Shown here: one piece after another, positions 57,477 through 64,000 of the stretch
Layout: each line of letters opens with the position of its first letter
Position numbering within the stretch: the stretch's first letter is position 1
NCBI GenBank assembly: GCA_913045445.1
Contig: CAJWQP010000001.1
Coordinates: forward strand, 7,397-71,396
DNA: 64,000 bases
Reading direction: 5' to 3'
From: an uncultured Nitrospina sp.
GTDB lineage: Bacteria > Nitrospinota > Nitrospinia > Nitrospinales > VA-1
Program-made: the position numbers and the translations under genes
Notes under the pieces: model-generated
The model's input: the letters and a program-made list of their open reading frames with translations, nothing else
The model's database searches: none
What the model was told of the DNA's origin: nothing

Positions 57477-58838
57477 ATGCACAATAATCCCGGCAAAGAT
57501 CAGGGCCTGGATCGCGACTTCAGAAATATCTGGCATCCATGCACTCAGATGAAGGACCATGAATCGGTCCCGCCTCTGCATATTGAAAGGGGGGAGGGGA
57601 TTTACCTCGTGGACAAGGATGGGAAGCGATATATGGATGTTATATCGTCCTGGTGGGTCAATTTATTCGGTCACAATCATCCGCGACTCAATAAGGCGTT
57701 GATCGATCAGGCGAGTCGAATGGCGCATGTGTTGTTTGCCGGGGTCACACACACTCCTGCTATTGACCTGGCAGAGTCGCTGGTCAAACTCACTCCACCC
57801 AACTTGACACGGGTATTTTTTTCAGACAACGGTTCAACTTCAGTTGAGGTGGCGCTCAAGATGAGCCTTCAATACTGGCGGCAGACCGGACAGGCGCAAC
57901 GCACGCGGTTCATTCATCTTACCGATAGCTATCATGGCGAAACACTGGGTGCCTTGTCTGTGTGTGGAATAAATCTGTTCCGTGAAAAATTTGAGAACGT
58001 GCTCATGGAAAATATAGAGGTGGCAGGGCCGGATTGCTATCGATGTCCGCTGGGATTCAAGCGTGAGAGTTGCGAGGCTGAATGCTTCGAGCCCATGGAA
58101 AAAGCGCTTGAGGAAAACAGGGAAACGATTGCCGGAGTGATCGTCGAACCTCTGGTGCAGGGAGCGGCAGGGATGAAAATGTATCCTCCTGTTTATCTGG
58201 AAAAACTGGAAAAGGCCTGTGATAATTTTAAAACACATACAATTTATGATGAAGTGGCAGTTGCATTTGGAAGAACGGGATCACTTTTTGTCTGTGGGGA
58301 ATATGAATTGAAACCTACCTTCCTTTGTTTATCAAAGGGTATCACCTCAGGATACCTGCCTCTTGCGGCAACCCTGGCAAGCGAGGAAATTTATCAGGCG
58401 TTTTATGATGAACCGGCATCTATGAAATTATTTATTCATAGCCATAGTTATTCGGCGAATCCGTTAGCCTGTGCCTGCGCTAACGAAACTCTGACATTGC
58501 TGACGGAAAATAAATTTTTGTCAGGCCTGAAACCAAAAATTGAATTGATAAAAGAAATGGGCAACAAAACACGTGAACTTAAATGGTGTGGTGAGTTCAG
58601 GCAAATAGGGATGATCGCCGCTATAGAATTGGTGCGCAATAAACAGAGTAAGGAGACGTTCCCTCAGGAGGAGCGTGTGGGGTATAAAATTTATCTTGAG
58701 GGATTGAAAAGGGGAATTCTAATGCGTCCACTGGGGAATGTTATTTATTTTATTCCGCCTCTGGTAATCACAGATAATGAAATCGAAACCATGATCAACA
58801 CAGCCTGTGAAAGCATTCAGGCTGTGCTGGGTGAATAA
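57477..58838 (+). CDS. bioA: Adenosylmethionine-8-amino-7-oxononanoate aminotransferase
   Basis: 453-aa class III aminotransferase with 'IWHPCTQM', 'DEVAVAFGRTG' and 'LSKGITSGYLPL'. Confidence 0.88.
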   Translation: MHNNPGKDQGLDRDFRNIWHPCTQMKDHESVPPLHIERGEGIYLVDKDGKRYMDVISSWWVNLFGHNHPRLNKALIDQASRMAHVLFAGVTHTPAIDLAESLVKLTPPNLTRVFFSDNGSTSVEVALKMSLQYWRQTGQAQRTRFIHLTDSYHGETLGALSVCGINLFREKFENVLMENIEVAGPDCYRCPLGFKRESCEAECFEPMEKALEENRETIAGVIVEPLVQGAAGMKMYPPVYLEKLEKACDNFKTHTIYDEVAVAFGRTGSLFVCGEYELKPTFLCLSKGITSGYLPLAATLASEEIYQAFYDEPASMKLFIHSHSYSANPLACACANETLTLLTENKFLSGLKPKIELIKEMGNKTRELKWCGEFRQIGMIAAIELVRNKQSKETFPQEERVGYKIYLEGLKRGILMRPLGNVIYFIPPLVITDNEIETMINTACESIQAVLGE

Positions 58839-58860
58839 TCTTAAAAGAGAGGATCGTTTA

Positions 58861-59229
58861 ATGTACGAAGTGACAGTCAAAACTGGATTTTCGGCCGCAC
58901 ATCAGCTCCGCTATTACGATGGTAAATATGAAAACCTGCACGGGCATAACTGGACGGCTATCGTGACTGTGGAAACAAAGAAACTGGATGAGATAGGCCT
59001 GGGGGTCGACTTTGTTGTTCTTAAGAAAAATGTTGAAGAGATTTTGACTCACCTGGATTATAAAAATATTAATGAGGTCCCGCCTTTTGATAAGCAGAAT
59101 CCTTCTGCAGAAAATATTGCCAAATGGTTATTCGATGAGTTGGCTCGACAAATAAATGGTGATAATGCTCGACTGAAACGAGTCGAGATTAAAGAATTTG
59201 ATCACTGTGGCGCGGCTTATTTTGAATAA
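58861..59229 (+). CDS. queD: 6-carboxy-5,6,7,8-tetrahydropterin synthase
   Basis: The ATG at 58861 follows AGAGAGGA. Contains 'FSAAHQL' and 'LHGHNW'. 122 aa. Confidence 0.9.
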   Translation: MYEVTVKTGFSAAHQLRYYDGKYENLHGHNWTAIVTVETKKLDEIGLGVDFVVLKKNVEEILTHLDYKNINEVPPFDKQNPSAENIAKWLFDELARQINGDNARLKRVEIKEFDHCGAAYFE

Positions 59230-59389
59230 AAACGCCTTAAATTGAGATAAAAAAGCTAGTTCAGAGGGGCGATAGTTTTTGCTTTTGTTTGCGGGATCAC
59301 GATAAGTCTGAAAAAAATATTTTTTTTAATTGTATGTTTACGGAATTTTAGCAGTCAACATGCTGAGCAGATTTACCAGCGTTCCGGAT

Positions 59390-60484
59390 TTATTCCACTG
59401 GGATAGTGAGAACAATTCCTCCCATCACATCGTTTAATTTAAAATCACTTTTTGGGCTCTTTGGGTGCGTGTTGTGGCAAGACACGCACGCGGCACTTAC
59501 TGCGAAGTCTGGATAGAGAGCCTGGAAATATTTTTTTCCGCCAAGTTTTGAAACAACTATGAACGGTCTTACTGGATTGCGCACCACATTTTCCAATCCC
59601 TTGCGTTCAAACTCGTTGGCGGCTCCGTTGTGACTGTTAATGGGCCATAGACTGATCAGTTTGAAATCGAATCCCAGTTGCTTTTCTATGATCAGGTCCG
59701 AAGCATTCAAAAGAAACTGTGCCGGTAGCAGGAGGGCATTTTCCTCCCACCAGTGCTCAGAAGCAAAAGCGATATTCTTATTTTGCAGGCGGTTAACAAT
59801 ATACTTTGAATACACGGTTCGGTCAGATTCCAATACGGCATGGAGGTAGTCGGCGACCACTTCTGGTGCAATCAGTGGGTCCTCAGCATTTTTGCCATTG
59901 TCATCTATAGGGAAAGTGATTACGATTCCACCCATGACATCCCCCAGTTTGAAATCCCTTTTCGGACTATTGGGGTGTTTGTTATGGCAGGACGCACAGG
60001 CCTCTGTCACTGCCAGATCGGGATAAACAGCGGTGAATACTTTCCTTCCTTTTAAAGAAATGATGGCGGTTTGGATTTTGGTAGGATCTTTCAACACCGT
60101 TTGTAGTGCCGATTCTTCGAATTTTGATTTAGGTTTGTTGTTCACGTTAATCGGCCACAGGCTGGTCAGCCGATAATCCATATCCAGTCCCTTTTCTTTG
60201 ATCATATGAGAAGAAAACGCAAGGAACTGAGCGGGCAGAGGCAGAGTATTTTCATTCTTCCAGTTTTCGGAAGCTTTCAATGAGATAGTGACTGCCAGTC
60301 TTTCTACAATTACTTCTGAGTAGATGGTTCTGTTGGCTTCAATAATAGAATGGATGGAATCTGCGGCTCGGGAGGCTGGAATGCCTGAAATCTTTTCAGA
60401 AGGATTCGCCGGAACTGGCTCAGCAAAAAAGCAGGAAATCAAAATCAGCGCTATAAGAGGAAAAGCGATTAATACTTTGCGCAT
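59390..60484 (-). CDS. Secreted di-heme protein: two tandem DUF3365 (Tll0287-like) modules, each with C-terminal CxxCH
   Basis: Signal peptide 'MRKVLIAFPLIALILISCFF'. An internal duplication ends in 'CASCHNKHPNSPKRDFKLGDVMGGIVITFPI' and 'CVSCHNTHPKSPKSDFKLNDVMGGIVLTIPV'. The track ORF opens at 60697, but its first 71 aa look non-protein-like. Confidence 0.75.
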   Translation of the reverse strand: MRKVLIAFPLIALILISCFFAEPVPANPSEKISGIPASRAADSIHSIIEANRTIYSEVIVERLAVTISLKASENWKNENTLPLPAQFLAFSSHMIKEKGLDMDYRLTSLWPINVNNKPKSKFEESALQTVLKDPTKIQTAIISLKGRKVFTAVYPDLAVTEACASCHNKHPNSPKRDFKLGDVMGGIVITFPIDDNGKNAEDPLIAPEVVADYLHAVLESDRTVYSKYIVNRLQNKNIAFASEHWWEENALLLPAQFLLNASDLIIEKQLGFDFKLISLWPINSHNGAANEFERKGLENVVRNPVRPFIVVSKLGGKKYFQALYPDFAVSAACVSCHNTHPKSPKSDFKLNDVMGGIVLTIPVE

Positions 60485-60727
60485 AAGACTCTCCATGAGA
60501 AAACTCAGCTTCAACAGAATGGTCAGAAAACAGAAAGGCCATCCGAAGCGGATGACCGGTCCTCTGCTTTGACTAAAAGTCAAAAGTTTCCAGCGACTTG
60601 CCCTCCCTGTCACACGCACGGCTGAAAATCTATCAAACCACGCTCTCCAAATTTGGACCCGATAGCAGCTTTTGTCAATAGTTTCCTTGAAATTCATTTT
60701 TGGTTCATATTGTGGAAGGGCTGTGCC

Positions 60728-60756
60728 TTGTTTCTACAAAAGGGAGTCCCTATAAT
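60728..60756 (+). promoter_or_regulatory. Candidate sigma70 promoter for the Kef-type antiporter
   Basis: TTGTTT-N17-TATAAT, about 80 nt upstream of the ATG at 60835. Confidence 0.45.
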
Positions 60757-60834
60757 GATGACCAGCAATTATATCCGGGGATATTATCTGTGAATATCCC
60801 AAATCACATTTTTAAACTTTTAAATAATATTTGA

Positions 60835-62841
60835 ATGATTGATCACCTGATCAAAGACCTTGCCCTCCTGCTACTTGTTTCTCTCCCTATAAATATTGTT
60901 TTTCATCGGATCAAGCTTCCATCCATCATGGGGTTTATCATAGCCGGCGTAATTATAGGTCCGCACGGTCTTCTGTTAATAGATGACCTGGCGTCCGTCG
61001 AGCAACTTGCAGAGATTGGCGTGATCCTGCTTTTGTTTGTGATCGGTCTTGAGTTTTCCCTGAGTAACGTCTTGAAAAATGTTGTTCGTATTACCGGGGT
61101 GGGTGGTCTGCAGATTGGATTGACCGCTCTGGCGGTTTACATGATTGGGGTGGGTATCCAAATGCCGTTCAATGAGGCGGTTGTATTCGGATTGTTGACT
61201 GCTTTGAGTAGTACGGCGGTTGTTCTTAAAATGATTACGGACAGGGCTGAAATAGATACTCCGCATGGACAGGCTTGTATCGGGGTTTTGCTGTTTCAGG
61301 ATTTATTTGTTGTTCCATTGATGCTGATTATTCCCTTGCTTTCAGGGGCGGAAAGTTATTCAGCAATGGATTTTGTTGGCGCTATGTTCAAATCCATTGC
61401 GGCGGTGGGAGCAATTTTCTGGTTGTCTCGCATGCTAGTGCCAAAACTGCTGGAATTAATCGCCAGACTGGGAAGCAAAGAGCATCTCACTTTACTGGTT
61501 ATCTTGATCGTTCTAGGCACGGGGTGGGCTTCTCACGAGGTGGGACTCACTGTAGCCATGGGAGCGTTTATTGCGGGACTTATTCTTTCTGAGTCGGAAT
61601 ACAACCATCAAATCATAGTAGAGTTTCTGCCGCTGAAGGATTATTTCGTCAGTATATTTTTTATATCGCTAGGCATGTTGCTCCATCTGGATATGTTTTT
61701 AAATTCTTTCTTCATGTATCTTGGTTGGGCCGTTGCGTTAATTGGTGTGAAATTTTTAATGGCGTTTCTGGCATCGGCGTTACTCCGCAATTCGTTCCGT
61801 ATTTCATTTGTTGTTGGCTTGCGTCTGGCGCAGATCGGTGAGTTTTCCCTGATACTTGCCGCGTTGGCGTTAGAACAGAAAATATTTTCCGATGTTCAGT
61901 ATCAGTCTTTTTTAATCGTTTCCATTATCAGCTTGTTGGCGGCTCCCGTGTTGATTCAGATATCCTCCCTCCTTTCGATTCGCCTTTTTGCCAAACTGGG
62001 GACAGAGTCTGCTCCTACAGAAGAATCCACTCAGCCTCTTTCTCAACACGTTATCGTTGCCGGGTACAGCCTGATTGGACGCACGCTTTCACGTGTTCTT
62101 AAAGAAGCTAACATTTCCTCCGTTATTCTAGAATTGGACGGCGAGGCTATCAAGCATGCATTGACAGAGAAAATGACCGCTATATACGGCGATGCAACGC
62201 ACAGGGATATATTGATGCGTGCTGGAATCAGCAGGGCTAAGATGATTGTTTTTGCGTTGCCCGATAATATTGTCACCCAACAGGGAATCATGCTGGCTCG
62301 TCGACTTAATCCTGACATTTATATACTCGTTCGTACCCGCTTCGCTTCGCAAGTGGAAGAATTAAAAAATGCCGGTGCCGATCAGGTTATTCCAGAAGAG
62401 TTTGAAACGTCTATAGAAATCTTTTCTCGAGTACTCCGGGAATACCGGGTTCCTACAAATGTCATTGAACAGCAGGTAGAGCTGGCGCGACTGGAAGGTT
62501 ACAGTATGTTTCGTGGCTTGTCGCTTTCCATTGAGAGTATGAAGAAATTCTCTACTTTCCTTACCGCAAGCCTTACTCAATCCTTTCAAGTCCTCAACGA
62601 TTCGTGGTGCAATCAGCAGACCCTGGGCGATTTGCAATTGAGTAGAAAAACAGGGGGCAGGATCATAGCCGTTGTCAGGACTAACGATGTTCACGCAAAC
62701 CCCGGGGATGACTTTGATTTAACTGCTGGCGACATAATCGTTTTATTTGGACGTCACGCACAACTAGACCAGTCTCTTAGGGTTTTGCAGTCTGGATATC
62801 AAAGTGAAGAAGGAAAGGACACGGTTGAAGAAAAGAGTTGA
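60835..62841 (+). CDS. CPA2-family monovalent cation:proton antiporter with TrkA-N and TrkA-C domains (KefB/C-like)
   Basis: A membrane domain of about 12 TM helices, a Rossmann 'VIVAGYSLIGRTL', and a C-terminal TrkA-C. Confidence 0.9.
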   Translation: MIDHLIKDLALLLLVSLPINIVFHRIKLPSIMGFIIAGVIIGPHGLLLIDDLASVEQLAEIGVILLLFVIGLEFSLSNVLKNVVRITGVGGLQIGLTALAVYMIGVGIQMPFNEAVVFGLLTALSSTAVVLKMITDRAEIDTPHGQACIGVLLFQDLFVVPLMLIIPLLSGAESYSAMDFVGAMFKSIAAVGAIFWLSRMLVPKLLELIARLGSKEHLTLLVILIVLGTGWASHEVGLTVAMGAFIAGLILSESEYNHQIIVEFLPLKDYFVSIFFISLGMLLHLDMFLNSFFMYLGWAVALIGVKFLMAFLASALLRNSFRISFVVGLRLAQIGEFSLILAALALEQKIFSDVQYQSFLIVSIISLLAAPVLIQISSLLSIRLFAKLGTESAPTEESTQPLSQHVIVAGYSLIGRTLSRVLKEANISSVILELDGEAIKHALTEKMTAIYGDATHRDILMRAGISRAKMIVFALPDNIVTQQGIMLARRLNPDIYILVRTRFASQVEELKNAGADQVIPEEFETSIEIFSRVLREYRVPTNVIEQQVELARLEGYSMFRGLSLSIESMKKFSTFLTASLTQSFQVLNDSWCNQQTLGDLQLSRKTGGRIIAVVRTNDVHANPGDDFDLTAGDIIVLFGRHAQLDQSLRVLQSGYQSEEGKDTVEEKS

Positions 62842-62844
62842 TGG

Positions 62845-63816
62845 TCAGCCTGGCAGGATATGAGTTCCTGTCTGGCCTTCAATAGCGGGAAGCAGATTAT
62901 AGAGACCGGCGATGATGGATTCCTTTCCTCCTTTTTGTACGAAATCAATAGCGGCTTCAACCTTGGGTTTCATGCTTCCTTCAAGAAAGTGACCTTCTTC
63001 TAAATAAGTTTTCATTTCTGAAACTGTCGCTTTTTTGATTTCCTGTTGACCGGGTTTGTTGAAATTCAAATAAACGAAGTCAACTTCAGTCAATACCACA
63101 AAATAATCCGCTTCCACTTCCCTTGCCAGCAATGCGCTGGTCTTGTCCTTGTCTATCACCGCTTCGACCCCTTGAAGAACGCCACTTTTATTGCGAATTA
63201 CCGGGATACCTCCACCTCCACCGCCAATCGCTACGAACCCTAACTTCAGGATGTCGTGGAAAATATTCTTTTCAATAATTTCCAGTGGAGCAGGTGAGGG
63301 GACCACCCTTCGATATCCACGGCCCGCGTCTTCAATCATTGCCCACCCGCGTTCCTGTTTCAGAGTTTCTGCTTCTTCTTTAGAATAAAAGACTCCTATT
63401 GGTTTTGTCGGGTAGTCAAAAGCGGGGTCATCAGGGTCAACCAATACCTGTGTGATGATTGAAAAAGCTCGTTTGCGAATACCATGTTTTGCGCAGATGT
63501 TGTCGAAAACGTTTTGCAGGATGTAGCCAATTCTTCCCTGGCTGTCCGCGACGCACACATCCAGAGTGACTTGCCGGGGGAAAAAATCTTTAGTCAATTC
63601 CTGTTGAAGAAAAATTTGACCCACTTGCGGTCCGTTACCGTGGGAGATGATTATGTGTTCATATCCCTTTTCGATTAACTCAACCAGTTGCTCCATACTT
63701 TTGCGTGCAACCTGGAATTCTTCTTTTTGGTGAGTGTGTGCTTCTCCCTTAACATTTAGCGCGTTACCGCCGAAAGCTATTAGTACTTTTGAATTTTTAA
63801 TGGAGGAAGTATTCAC
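62845..63816 (-). CDS. arcC: Carbamate kinase
   Basis: 'IAFGGNAL', 'SHGNGPQVG' and 'GGGGGIPV'. 323 aa. It converges on the kef stop with a 3-bp gap. Confidence 0.9.
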   Translation of the reverse strand: MNTSSIKNSKVLIAFGGNALNVKGEAHTHQKEEFQVARKSMEQLVELIEKGYEHIIISHGNGPQVGQIFLQQELTKDFFPRQVTLDVCVADSQGRIGYILQNVFDNICAKHGIRKRAFSIITQVLVDPDDPAFDYPTKPIGVFYSKEEAETLKQERGWAMIEDAGRGYRRVVPSPAPLEIIEKNIFHDILKLGFVAIGGGGGGIPVIRNKSGVLQGVEAVIDKDKTSALLAREVEADYFVVLTEVDFVYLNFNKPGQQEIKKATVSEMKTYLEEGHFLEGSMKPKVEAAIDFVQKGGKESIIAGLYNLLPAIEGQTGTHILPG

Positions 63817-64000
63817 CTTTGAGATTATTTACGGATTAACAGTTAGATTATTTATGCTTACGATGCCAATATATATGATTATTCAGAAAATAAGAATTTA
63901 AAATATGAAACTAGACGAAGATGCAAATTGAATAAATTCCCAGTAGGGTGATTTATCAAAAATCGGGTTAAAATTGGTGGATGAATGTAATTAATGATAC

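Noticed and set aside
60485-60697. N-terminal 71-aa extension of the di-heme protein ORF. Similar upstream extensions occur at 56167-56346, 44405-44527, 37889-38041, 46444-46473 and 53226-53258.
   Set aside because: The extensions are Arg/Trp/Phe-rich or read through terminators or neighbouring genes. Internal ATGs give canonical N-termini or signal peptides with an RBS.

Overview
This is a 64-kb window from a diderm (Gram-negative-type) bacterium; LpxC, LolA, RseP and HtrA/DegP-family proteases are all present. GC looks moderate by eye (not computed), and I cannot assign the lineage from sequence alone. All product calls rest on motifs and family signatures I recognise in the supplied translations. 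No BLAST or HMM search was run, and motif-level coordinates are good to a few nt.

Most of the window is housekeeping. A long co-directional minus-strand array runs purN-lolA-rseP-orf99-pepM fusion-proS-rimP-nusA-infB-DUF503-rbfA-truB-rpsO-pnp (27.6 kb down to 12.1 kb). Elsewhere there are DUF47/Pit phosphate uptake genes, a desaturase with a two-component system, bioD, an AhpC-type peroxiredoxin, surE, trmB, greA, two HtrA proteases, ligA, mazG, hemW, era, map, yajQ, thiO-like, bioA, queD, a Kef-type antiporter and carbamate kinase.

I found no rRNA, tRNA, CRISPR array, prophage or recognisable defence island.

The observations most worth follow-up are:
- A single 730-aa ORF fusing a receiver domain, a degenerate sigma54-type AAA+ module and an HTH to a full-length, catalytically intact LpxC.
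- A PEP mutase/nucleotidyltransferase fusion (phosphonate biosynthesis) wedged into the housekeeping operon, with no coupling enzyme in the window.
- A secreted protein made of two tandem DUF3365-like modules, each ending in a CxxCH heme motif.
- A membrane desaturase divergently paired with a minimal-loop histidine kinase and an OmpR-type regulator, with an 11-bp-phased direct repeat between them.
- Two families of short intergenic palindromic repeats.
- A set of decayed accessory genes (an IS3 remnant inside an ankyrin gene, plus CDF transporter, pseG-like, TPR and HDOD/HicB-like remnants), which contrasts with uniformly intact core genes.
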